Shown one piece after another: positions 1-11,037 of a DNA stretch of 33,000 bases (its first letter is position 1; every line of letters begins with the position of its first letter). The stretch spans positions 62,001 through 95,000 of the forward strand of contig RDEW01000052.1 of NCBI GenBank assembly GCA_011109175.1. Direction: 5' to 3'. The notes under the pieces were generated by a model. The model searched no databases, had not been told where the DNA came from, and worked only from the letters and a program-made list of their open reading frames with translations. This DNA comes from Dicyema japonicum. Taxonomy: Eukaryota; Animalia; Dicyemida. The translations under genes and the position numbers were made by a program.

Positions 1-190
1 CAACATACCCTTCTCAACTCTAAAGAAGAAATATTAATGAGGTCATCTTTGAACCGGTCGCTGTGAGAACATCAAGACTAATTGGAAGCAGATCACAAAT
101 TCTTGTGAATTGTATTAGATCGCTTATCGAAGGAAGTAAAAACATAAAAGAAAAGACATTGCTGGTTCATACAAATAGCTCATTTTAGAT
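1..190 (+). mobile_element. Degenerate 3' fragment of a CRE-clade non-LTR retrotransposon (RLE region)
   Basis: Translates as FEPVAVRTSRLIGSRSQILVNCIRSLI, resembling the F-x-P-x-A-x-E-T-S-G segment of the intact copy at 16888-17866. Confidence 0.45.
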
Positions 191-489
191 TCCAAAACCT
201 TTGTGGACCATAGCGTCTTTTAATACATCACGTCACTTCTAATTTACTGATATATTGTGGCATCAATGATGACTGGGAACTTCCATATAAACTGTATGGA
301 TTGACATAACATTTTAGACATGTTCCAGTTCCCCCGGAAAAGAAAAAAATTGTTTTGTGTTAAATGACTTTAGTTTAATAGCCTATATCCCTTACGAGGG
401 ATTCTGACAGAATCCACATATTTTCAAGCAGGATTACCTCTTATTACTCCAAAGGAACCCCAAGAGGTCTTTTTTCGCATTTATTTTAT

Positions 490-1060
490 TGGGTAACCAT
501 TTTCAACGCGTTTGTGAGTCAATAAACTGATTCTAAGCATTTTCTTATAAAACAGCGATATTACTAAAAAACCTCAAATCTCGTAAAAATAGACAAAGTG
601 AATTTTGTTTAGTGGTTTCTAAATATACATACTCGTCCAAAGTTCAAAGACCTCTGTCGTCCTCGATATCCTCTAGTAGACTATAAATATGTTTCACATC
701 AGCAAATACCATTGGATACATTCTTAGGATTTGTCGAAGCATCCCTATTTATATTTTATTGGATGGGATTTTTTGCACTACAAATATAGATCATTGTTGC
801 TTATCTCCCTGGATGTTTTTTGTTAAGTTTCCACTTTGTGATTATTTATTTAACATCCAAAGACAACGGTAAAACCATTCTCGTATTCTGGAGTCAAATC
901 GCATAAGGGCTTCAGAGAAGTCGGTCCGGTTAGATGTTCCCCACAAATCCTTCACTCCGTAACTCTGAAAACCCATCTTTGCATTTCCTCGACCTTCCTC
1001 GTATTTGTCCAAAATGTGGACGGTCCCCACGAGGCGGATGCATGAGAAACATGGCTCGAT
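490..1060 (-). mobile_element. Decayed LINE RT 3' region (CR1/L2/Jockey-like)
   Basis: SHASASWGPSTFWTNTRKVEEMQRWVFR resembles the LEYASxVWSPxxxxxIxKLExVQRR thumb motif; multiple stops. Confidence 0.45.
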
Positions 1061-1514
1061 GTACTGACTTATTTACTTTTATTTCAATATTCCTACTTAG
1101 ATTGTAACTTTTTTTATTTTATTTTAATATTATTTTTTATATTTTTAATAAAATTAAACTTAAATAAAATTGAATCTTGTGAAACACAATATGTCAAATG
1201 ATCCTTTAGTAAATTTGGAGGTTTGTTTGGAGTGGAGGTTAAAGAAATTCTCCCAAATGGGGAAGAAGTTTACATTGAGTAATAAAAAAATAATATTTAA
1301 GACCAATGCTATATACAGATCAAATATCTATGAATAACATAAAACTCACCAATGAGGAGAAAGTTGTAGAAAATTACCACGTTAATAAACTTGATGGAAT
1401 AAGGAAAGACTTAAAGTTTGTTAATTATTTAATATTTTGACTGGCTTATAAAGAAATATCAGTTCTTAGAGATTTTCTTAAACTTTCTTCTGATAATGGT
1501 TACATTTCCTTTGC

Positions 1515-3027
1515 TCAACTCCCAATGTCTTCTCCTCCAGTCCGAGCACTGTTTTCTTCATCGTGGGCACCCTCTTTGATTGTTGCCCATGGCTCGTCAA
1601 TATTTTCGTTCACGTGGTCAGTCTGTTCGAAATAGATTCCTTCAGTCTCAGCAATGTTCTTTTTAGCGTAGTCTGACACATACTCACCAATATTCGATTG
1701 CACGTGGCAAGTCCCTCCCAAAGAAATACCACAGTCTTCCATTTTATCGAACTCTTGTAATAATGCTGTGCTTTCTCCTTTATATATAGGGGTTTCTGAC
1801 ATTGCGTCATCAACCCATTGCTGGACGGGGTCATTAAACTCCAAATCTGAGTAATTCGGTAAAACCCCATGTGAAGACCACGAAGATATGCTCATTCTAT
1901 CAGAACTACACATCACAAATCAATCAACCACGTGACCTTCAAAGAATCAGAGTCCTCCAGTACCTTTGATTGAGACATGGGAGAGACCGACTGATGATTG
2001 GAGTCATCCAGGGATATGGTCAGACAAATAAACTCTGTCTCAGAATCCTCGTACTACAAATTCATAGAAAAAAGGACATTAGAACAATTTCCGCAGAAAC
2101 TCCGCATTTTCTGACTCCCACGGAAGACATGGTCTACTAGACTGATCGGTTTATCTGAGCCCCAGTCCTCGATTTTGACCTTGTCGAAGGCATCCATCAA
2201 AAGAAGAAAGAACTCGTGGGCATCCTGCTGCTCGTATGTCCTGAAGTTGGTATATCTGAATCACGAAAACCACAAACTCTCTCCTGAATGAGTCAACAAG
2301 ATCATAGGGATTGTACACCAAAGTAGACGAGAAAAACGAGTTCTTTTTGACCTCATCGACCTGTTCCTTGGCCATTTCCTTGAAGAAGTCGAAGACCGAA
2401 TAAACTAACCCGTTATCATCGTCCTTGAGTCGGCTCCCGAGGAAAAACACGGAATCAAACATCTCTGGAAGAGACACCAGGCACTACCGTAACCACCAGT
2501 CAGACCTGCATGACACTGTTCATATAACACGTGTTCCCGAAGTTTCTGAGCTTGTTTACCTTGGACATATAGTTCCGTGGGCTTTTCAGGAGCTCCAATT
2601 TGGGGATCGACAACTTCTCAATGACCTTGTTACAGAGAAAACATCTGCTTATAATAAACTGGTCACTTGGTCTCCTCTCCGTCGCAGAAAATGCAGTGCT
2701 TTATGTAGCTGAACTCAGACATGTGGTCGTTCACCTCCTCCCGAAGAATCTACACCTTGATATCGGCTTTCTACCATTTTTCCACAGGCCAGGCAACGGA
2801 GGAAATTGTCATCAGTAGTTTGCTACAGTAAATCACAAAGAAACTTCAGTAAAACGGTGAAAGACGTTGACATTCTGTCTGACATGAGTACACCCTCCCG
2901 GATGCTCTGGAATAAGAGATTTATCGTCACCGTAGTTGAGTTCAGTGCTTTTAAACATTTTATCCGTCATAAAGAAAAATATCAATGTAATAGTCGCGAG
3001 AATTATTATGACGATTATAAATTGCAT
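1515..3027 (-). CDS. Ubiquitin-specific protease (peptidase C19) with N-terminal zf-UBP-like domain; C-terminal His box not found
   Basis: Seven GT-AG introns (2823-2844, 2750-2774, 2645-2666, 2484-2505, 2256-2277, 2054-2077, 1906-1931; 22-26 nt) join one open frame of 430 aa from ATG 2970, or 449 aa from ATG 3027. It contains CTH..CLACG..H..C..C (zf-UBP-like), the Cys box LRNFGNTCYMNSVMQ, QQDAHEF, and VFRGSQKMRSFCGNC. The exact 3' end is uncertain (stop at 1515, or 1478 if 1549-1570 is an intron). Confidence 0.85.
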
Positions 3028-3339
3028 AATCGACACATAGATTGTTTTTTGAAATATTGGGTTAAATATTCTTTATTTTTAATAATATTATTTTTTCATT
3101 ATTTTTAATCATTTCTTTAGTATTTATATAAATTGTATTAAAAAATTAATAAAAAGAAATAAGGCGGGTTTCGAGCCACCTAAGGATTTTCTGACTTGGT
3201 ACGCCGCTCTCTTTAAGGGATTTTTTGAAAACACTCACTTGAGTGATTGAAAGACACTTTTCTATTTTATTTCCTACTTGAAGGTTATTTCTTTGTGTAC
3301 CAACTGTCGCAGAAATACTTGGTTACCTTGTACAACTGA

Positions 3340-3452
3340 CGCACTTTCCGAGGATTTTTTGTTTGTTCCATTCGCTGAGCAAATCTCGCTCAAGTAGCCT
3401 GAGAGAGATTAGGCACACATTCAGGGCAGCCGCTCTATGACCTTTCGTTTAT
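3340..3452 (+). mobile_element. CRE-clade 3' end fragment with internal deletion
   Basis: aggattttt(t)gtttgttcca and tcagggcagcc..tatga are shared with the copy at 29538-29735; about 110 bp between them is missing here. Confidence 0.55.
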
Positions 3453-4559
3453 TTTGTTTATAATAAAAGTTGAACCAAAATTGTCCTCGGTGTTAATGAT
3501 GACTCCAATTATTACCACGGGAATCGTATAAAGTTGATTAAATAAACATGGAACCGCCATAAAAATGGCTTATGCATACAAAAAGTTTGTAGTAGAAAGC
3601 AAGTTAAGACTTTTTCATGTAAAAATAATTATTCCGTGTCTTCACTATCAAATAAAAGTTCATTGGAATAGGTTGATCTCTACTAATCGAGTATTCCTAT
3701 TTGGTCCACTTGATTAGGAGGAGCTTGAGGTTTTAAATGTTCCTTTTTATTAAAGAAGTTGCCGTTAGCCTGACAAAAACTTCCAGAAGCAATGCGCATT
3801 TTCTTGTGGCATACTGTCAAGATTCGAGAGATTAACTAAATATCACTAAGATAGTGTATTCCATAGAACTAAAGGGTGTATGCAGAGACATACGAATGAT
3901 GGACCTGAATAAGTCTCACGTTTTATCAAATTAAAATGATTAAAATTCACCAGATGAGTATTAATTGAAACAAGTCGGAAGGTCGAGCCTAGAAGGACAT
4001 AATGGGTTTTCCAGAACATTGGGTTCGCGATCAGGAGAGGTAACTCCCATTGCGTGGTCGATGCCTGCAGGCCATAATGAAACCTCGCCATAACAACTAA
4101 TTTTTTTATCTTTAAATATTTAAAAACATATAAGTTAAAAAAAAGAATTTGTTTATTAAAATAAAATAAAGAATCTTTCAGTTACAAGAAACATTGAGAC
4201 TGTTGATGTTTTCGCCGCGTGGCGCCATGTGGTCCTGCGTGGATAATTGGTTGAATTTTTCTGTTTGTTTTGTCTGTTCCTCCTCTTCCCTTCTTACTAG
4301 AGTGGCGTCATGTGATCCACCTCTCAGGTGGCGTCGAGTGCCAGGCTGGCACGAAAAATGATCATTTGCTGTCCCCCATTCCACTGAAGGAGTTTCCACA
4401 CTGCAAGGAATGGACGTCTTTTACCTTTATGCTGGTTCTGTATGGACTTGTGGAAGGACTCTGTTTTCATAACAGTGGAAACTGGATACACTTAATTATT
4501 CACAGTTAACTTCTTTCTCGGTCTATCCGGGTCGGTGAAAAGCTGTTTAGATTGTGACG

Positions 4560-4990
4560 TGCAGTTTTCATTTCCCCTCTTCCACAATTTTCCACTACCC
4601 CACATTCTGTAATAATCTTAATGAGATTAGAACCTTCCTATGGGTTGTGTGTGGTGCGCCAGTACTCGGGTCAATCAAGTTATAACGATGGTTGACTGTC
4701 ATATGAAACCTATATCTTGAGGAATACCCTCGCCAACAGTCTTATAAAGGTGTTGAACCAACTGCCACATTGTCTTCTATCGCTTCGGTAATTGTTACCA
4801 TTGTGATCAGGAATCTCCATGAGAAAACATTCTTGGTGTTCCCTACAAATTCTTCAAATTTCGTTTAGAAACGAGTACCGAGCAAAAGGCCTGATGGCCC
4901 CTTACTGCTGTACATTCCGGCTGAAGGTTTCATGTATCTACAATGTTTTGGCTTGACGAGTGACGCCGTCATCAGTGAACATCACACTTC
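4560..4990 (-). mobile_element. Merlin (IS1595/ISXO2-like) DDE transposase relic
   Basis: Frameshifted segments ECFLMEIPD, IEDNVAVGSTPL*DCWRGY and TVNHRYNLIDPSTGA match the Merlin motifs CFxVxVPDR, GSxIxSDCWRxY and TVNHSxxFVDPxTGAHT in the correct order. No TIRs found. Confidence 0.65.
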
Positions 4991-5149
4991 GTAACCGGAT
5001 TGTCTACAAAAGGACTCACACCAACAAAAAGAAGTGAAGAACATTCATTGATTCTCCCTCATCGATTGGTTATGATAGCTGTTCTTTGCTTAAAATAAAT
5101 ATCTTTTAATATTCCCATTTTCTCGTAAAAAATAATAGAATCTTCAGAA

Positions 5150-5400
5150 TCTCTTGAGACAGGTGGATCGCATAACGTCTCTTGAAGAAGGTACGGAATC
5201 CTTTGATGAGCAGTGTGGAAATCTACACGAACCACTTTGATACTAAAGTCACATTGAAGATGGGCAGGATGGTCGTCTTACAAAGACCGTGATAACACTA
5301 AACTAACTATCCACGTGATCCATACATGCTACAGAAGAAAGCTCCTCTTGGCACGATGCTCCTCCCTCAAGTCCAAACAAGCACGTATCCGGCACCGAAT
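5150..5400 (-). mobile_element. Possible decayed LINE RT 3' fragment
   Basis: LCKTTILPIFNVTLVSKW..LLIKGFRTFFKR weakly resembles LYKTxILPxLEYxxxVW; heavily degraded. Confidence 0.3.
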
Positions 5401-6311
5401 GCTCATAGACGCATTGACTCGTCCTTCGTATGGCCGTCGTTCTTCACTGGTTATACTCAAGGAGGTTAAAATGTAAGTGAAGAAGCTTGGTGTTTGAGTA
5501 ATTTTTTATGTTTTTAAATAATAAAAATAAAGGATATTTATAAATACTGATTTTGCTGAAAATAAAAGCTATAATAAACGTTGCCAATGACAACAAGAAT
5601 AAATTCAAATTCAAATATTGATCCCCCGCCAATTGATGTTGCCTCTCACGTTGGCAATAAAGATCAATTGGAGAAACACTAAGTTTCACGGACGTCATGG
5701 CTTCTGAGTGTAATCGACCTCCCAGGGTCTTGAGGAAGGACAAGACTTATGCACAGAACTTCTCAATAGAAACCTGCCTGTCGATCTTTATGAGATATTC
5801 TTGGAGAACGAGTCCCTAATACCTACTTTTGTTCTATTCGGAAGGAAATGAGTGCTTACTGTAAGCGAGGGGTGAGTTTATTAATCTAGATTTCCCAGTG
5901 GGACTGTAAGGGGGCACTAATCGACAGAAGGTGAAGTATGAGGACGAGTGCGAATTTTGTCCACATTGTACCCCAGATGGGAGGAACAGATCGGTGTATA
6001 TAAGCAGTGCAGATTTTGGAGCCTTCTACCAGATTGCTAATTACCGATTTTTTGTCACTAAAGTCCACCAGTTCTACTTATGAAGCCAAATACATTCACT
6101 CATGCTTGTAAGCTTATAAAAACCAACGGGAATGCTAAAATAACAGAGTATTGCCGACATACGGGGCTTCCACTTCACATTAGTCATTTTCCAGTTCAAT
6201 TAAGTCGTTGTCCACTTCAAACAAGTCACCTTCAACTTCAAATAAAAATTTTTTATTCTCCAATGGATATGCTGCAGTGTCGCAGCCGAACTGTACTCTG
6301 TAGGGTTAGAG

Positions 6312-6326
6312 CAGTGTTTCCCAACC
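6312..6326 (+). repeat. Left TIR CAGTGTTTCCCAACC; TSD at 6304-6311
   Basis: Inverted match to 8190-8204. Confidence 0.93.
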
Positions 6327-8189
6327 CGGGTTCTGCGAAGTTCAAAAAAATTTTTTTAAATATTTTTTCAAAAGAATAATTTTTCAAAACGAATTAGTTT
6401 AATTTGCGCGTGTCTAAATGGAGTCTTGTGACAGTGCACATTTTAAAGTTCGATCGTATCGAGAAAGTTATATTGCCTTCGGTTTCACATGGACTGGGGA
6501 GATGGATTGCCCTCTGTGTTGTTTGCGGTGACAAACTTGCGAATAGTGCCTATGGCTCCAACGAACCTTAGAAGTCTTTTCTCCACCAAGCACCCTGAAC
6601 TTTCAAAGAAAAAAATAAATATTTTATGCGGAAATTGTACCAGAATGAAGTTCAAGCATCCCGTTTTAAAAAAATTCAAAATAAACGAAAAAACACTGCT
6701 AGTTATGGTGTTGCTGAGATTGCCGCTAAAAACATGAAATCGCATACTCTCGCCGAAACTGTTATTTTTCCTGCATGCAAAGTAGTGAAGATAATGTTCG
6801 GAGAAATTACTGTCGCTGAGCTCGACTTAATTCCTATTTCTAATAAATCTGTGAGCAGACGCATCAAGGATATGTCTGATGACATTGAAACCACTTTGGT
6901 TCGGCGAATAAAAAATCTGTGTGTTTTTGCGCTTCAAGTGGATGAAAGCTCGGATATTACAGGAGGAATGCAACTCCTCGTTTTCGTTCGATGTATAAAC
7001 CATAAATCCATTGTTGAAGATTTTCTTTGCTGCAAGAGTTGCTCGGAACAAAAAAGGGATATGACATCTTCAATCTTATAAATTCATATTTTGAGGATAT
7101 AAAGTGTATTGGAATGCATGTGTGGGTATCTGCACTGATGGTGCTCCAGCAATGACTGGGCCATTTAAAGGCTATGTCTCTATTGCAAAAAATAAGAATC
7201 CGAACATTATCCACACGCATTGTTCTCTTCATCGCAAGGGATTGGTCGCAAACTATTAGGCAGGAACTTAAATGTGCTTTGGACATGGTTGTAAAAATAA
7301 TTAATTACACCACATAAGGTCGTTGAAATTGCGACAGTTCTCGAAACTTTGTGAAAATGCACTCAATTTTGATTTTGCCTACTGAAGCAAGATGGCTCTC
7401 AAAGGGAAACGTGTTAATTCGTTTCTATGATCAAAGACACGAATTGTTGGCCTTTTGATGCAAGAGAAGTTGAATGACTTTATTGAATGCCTCAATGATG
7501 AATGTTGGTGTTGCAAATTAGCATACCTCGCCGATATTTTTCATGAACTCAATGTTCTCAGTAGCAGCATGCAAGGAAGAAATGAAAATCCATTGAGTTG
7601 CTTTTCTGAAAAAGCTACAAATATGGAAACGACATATCACAAACTTGGAAATGTTCCCTCATGTGCAAGAAAGAATTTTTAAAGAAATTGTTCCACAAAT
7701 TGTAGACCCGAGTCACTATTTACATGTACGAATAATTATTTTCCACCCATATCAGTTGAACTCTATGCTCAGTGCGGAATCCTTTTGCTGAGTAAGAAAT
7801 AATTGAAAACGAGCCATCATTGGAGGAAGAAAACGCTAAAAAGGAATATTACAGCTTGATATTGATTCGTTTTGGCTGATTGCAAAAAAATCCTACAAAC
7901 AAAGCTTTAAGAGTTTTGGTCCAGTTTTCAACGACTTATCTCTGTGAAAGTGGATTTTCTGCATTAGCAAATATAAAGCATAAAAACCGCGCGAACCTAC
8001 TGTATGTGGAAGACCTGCGTTTATCCCTGTCAAGGACAGGCTAAATATTACAGAGCTATGCAAGAGACATCAACCATCTCACTAACTAGCATTTATTTTT
8101 TATATTAGTAAAAAACTGATTATTGTTAAAAACTTATAAGGGTTCCGTATGAAATTAAAAATGTCTATAGGGTTCCGTGCTCTCAAAAA

Positions 8190-8204
8190 GGTTGGGAACC
8201 ACTG
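8190..8204 (-). repeat. Right TIR (CAGTGGTTCCCAACC on minus strand); TSD at 8205-8212
   Basis: Inverted match to 6312-6326; subterminal GGGTTCCG repeats near 8140 and 8170. Confidence 0.93.
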
Positions 8205-8749
8205 AGTTAGAGAATGTGTAACCAGGAAGACAGAACTCTTACAGACGATCCTTGACATCACTGCCGACATAATTGACTTGTGTTGCCTCTTAGCATAGCA
8301 ACAGAGAAATCAATTGGGGGAGCCGTTTGGTATTGCATCCTCTTCTGAGTGTAGGCAGACATCCTAGGTTCTTTAGAAAAGACACGAGCCCCTGTTTATC
8401 GTGACCTCAATCAGTAATAAACGGAATTAAGAACTAATCAAAACATAAGTTTAAACGGAATTTTATTTGAAATCGAGAATGAATATAATTTTTATTCCTT
8501 CGACGTTTCCAGAAATTTCTCCCTCAAAAGAATCATCCGCAGCGAAAAAGCAATGATAATACGTTTTTACATTTTCTTGTATTCTCGTTGCGTCACGATA
8601 GATCGCATGAACCATTAAAAGGATCAATTTTTCTACTTTTTAATAAACATTATTAGCAGGGAACTATTCTCTTCACTAAAAACTCAAAGTTTTTTAATTC
8701 AGAAAACAATTTATTGCATAACAAGACAATCATAATAATCCAGCTGATG

Positions 8750-9190
8750 GATGGAATGGCTGTTTGTCTGACAACTGCCAGAGAAATCTTTTAGAACAGC
8801 TATTCGGCTTCCTGAGGGTGATTACTCACTTTCGAAATCATTGACCCAAGCGATCTTAGAAAAGAGACTGTCTTGGGTTCGAAGACTCCACTCCTCTCGA
8901 CAGCAACGGACTGTACATGGAATCTGTCGTATTTTCTATCTTGAAAGAGGATGTCGTATTTTCTATCTTGAAATCCTCGAAAGTCTGAGCAGTCTCTTCA
9001 GCTTTCAACGCAGAACCGGCAAGTCTCGACTGGGAAAAAGTGTCGACACAGGTTCCATCCCAAATCAAGCATTTCCGCGAGAGAAAGGGATAACTTTCCA
9101 GTCTTTTAATATTTCAATTTCAGACTTGATGCCCCTGGTGTAAATCACTATGAGTGAGATAGAGCCTCTTCTCCATTGCGGACCAGAATT
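8750..9190 (-). mobile_element. Degenerate CRE-clade RLE domain and 3' end
   Basis: IPFSRG / LIWDGTCVDTFS..AGSALKAEE..IENT..EAE*LF*KISLAVVR is collinear with the intact copy (PFTEGKSLVWDCTVVDSFS..AGSAA..IETSG..RIGIAVIRG). Confidence 0.85.
8925..8973. repeat. 27-bp-period tandem duplication (22-bp identical unit)
   Basis: tgtcgtattttctatcttgaaa at 8925-8946 and 8952-8973; gives FKIENTT twice in frame. Confidence 0.9.
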
Positions 9191-9281
9191 GCTAAGTTTT
9201 GAATAACTCAAAAACTGATGTTAAACAATTAATAACATATTAGTAGAGAACTAAAAGTTGGGAGAACAAATTGAGATAATT

Positions 9282-9932
9282 TTAATGAATATTATGCAGT
9301 TCCACGACAGAATGCTCAGGACAGTGGAATCTAAGGCCCGTCGCCTGGTCCACACAGTCACAGATTAGTTCTCTATTTTCCACGTTGCATTGAACTTTTT
9401 TGTACTTCCCATTTTCCCTGCATCGTGGTAAATATTTAGTGACCCCCAGTGAAATGAGCATCTTTCGTTTGGCCTTGCAGTTCCCTGGGCCCACATTCAA
9501 GCACGGAATTTTCATACTTTGTCCGTCGACCTGAAATGTGGTACTCCACTTGAAAATGCGACTGCTGATCATTCCGTTATCCTCGTTAACGCAAAAACAG
9601 TAATAATTAAACGACTCATTCAAGCACTGGAATTTTGAGTAATATTTCCCCTTGCAGGACGGACCCTCGTGGCCTGCTTTGCGGACTTGAGCAGACAGTT
9701 TACCACAATTAGTCGATTCTAAGCTATAAACAAGGGTCACCAATGTATTTCCTCACAGTGCCGCATCTTTGTTGACACTCGACCATAGTTTTGAACGAAT
9801 TAAGCTCATGAGTTGAACAGAGACCAGCTATAACTTGACATTTTGCTGATGAAATGTTAAAAAAGAAGCTGGGCTCCGAACACTGGCTAAATTCCACGTT
9901 GTGATAGCAGAGACTGTATTGTTTTGGATCAC
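9282..9932 (-). CDS. Kunitz/BPTI domain plus two thyroglobulin type-1 domains (protease inhibitor-like); 5' end unresolved
   Basis: Exon CYHNVEFSQCSEPSFFFNISSAKCQVIAGLCSTHELNSFKTMVECQQRC shows six-Cys Kunitz spacing. It is joined by a 22-nt intron (9719-9740) to two modules with QC..YCFCVN..G and LPRC..GKYKKVQC..CDCVD..G. Confidence 0.85.
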
Positions 9933-11037
9933 CTTTAATGGGGTATAAAAAATCACAAAAACTATCGAAATCATTCCATCAAATGAGCCATTTGTCGTAA
10001 ATAAATTGCAATATTTCCAGATGTTTATAATTTAGTAGACACATGTGCAGGCTATAATTTTGACTCCCAGCATAGTCAATCTGTGAGAATTTATGTGGGA
10101 CCAAGTGGTTGGTTGGAGGTTGAGATGGTGACGTTCCTTTATAGACGGAATCGGTTCTTGGCTTTGTGATGGATGAATGGTCTTGTCTTTCTTCTCGTGA
10201 GCTCGGACTGATCGAAAAATCTGAGGAAGAGTGTGTCGATGTTTGAGGGATTTTGGATCCTGTCCAACCAAAATCGAGTGAAGATCACCGGTCAAGCTGT
10301 ACGTTTAGGATAATTGTTAATGTGATTATACGTCTGTTGATGGTGACTCTGTTCGTGACAAAGATTGCTGCCATAAAATCATGTTTTTAAAAACTGGAGA
10401 ATTACTTTCTGATTAAACCGCTAAAAAGATCAATAAAACATTAATCACCGGTTTTGTAGGACAGTAAGCTTATTTTTAATAAAAAATTATATAAAAATTT
10501 ATTTTCATTTAAATTTTAAATTAAATTTATTGAACCAGAGAAACACCGTCATAGCCAGAACGGAAAAATTCAGGTGATCGGACCTCCCTCAGCAGTCCTC
10601 GCATGCTCTGACTTGAAGGAAGTGCCGTCCTGGGGTAACTCCTTTAGATGGTTGTTGACTAATGGTCCTCTTTTGGATATAAGGATTAGATCTGGTGCCA
10701 ATAGAGATGGTGAATCACATGACACACGCTAACAATTCGACCTCCATGGAGCCAAAAGGGCACACTAACGTTTCCACTACTTGGAATTATTATTACTAAA
10801 GAGCACTTTCACAGAACCAAAGAACGTTATATTAACTAAGGTCCGTTTGTGCCACACGTTTCGAAATTTGCTTCACTAGGCGTCTCCATCGCCCTCTGCT
10901 TTGAGCATCTGTCCGTAGATCTTCTAAGTCTTTACAGATTTAAGTTTAAAGCAACAAGGAGGGTGACTCTAGGCCTTCCTCTGAACGATGGTTCGGTTGA
11001 ACTGGTGACGTGGTTCTTAAATTATGTCTTTTCACAC

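Larger units (their letters stand above)
6312..8204 (+). mobile_element. Buster-family hAT DNA transposon (defective), 1893 bp
   Basis: 15-bp TIRs (14/15 match) and 8-bp TSD GGTTAGAG/AGTTAGAG with central TA. The frameshifted transposase (~6489-8085) has a BED-like C..C start, [45 protein letters not shown] and terminal QPSH*. Confidence 0.95.
5444..8400 (-). pseudogene. Multi-exon host gene of unknown product (C-terminal hydrophobic helix), interrupted by the Buster element and carrying stops
   Basis: Tiny GT-AG introns (e.g. GTATGTCGGCAATACTCTGTTATTTTAG, 28 nt, phase-compatible) link FLFEVEGDLFEVDNDLIELEND*CEVEAP to IPVGFYKLTSMSEC; the last ORF (5444-5743) ends in NLFLLSLATFIIAFIFS. Confidence 0.45.

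Noticed and set aside
1190-1520. Plus-strand gene antisense to the USP 3' end (23-nt intron-like segment)
   Set aside because: No recognisable product, it hits stops, and the minus strand carries USP-like traces.
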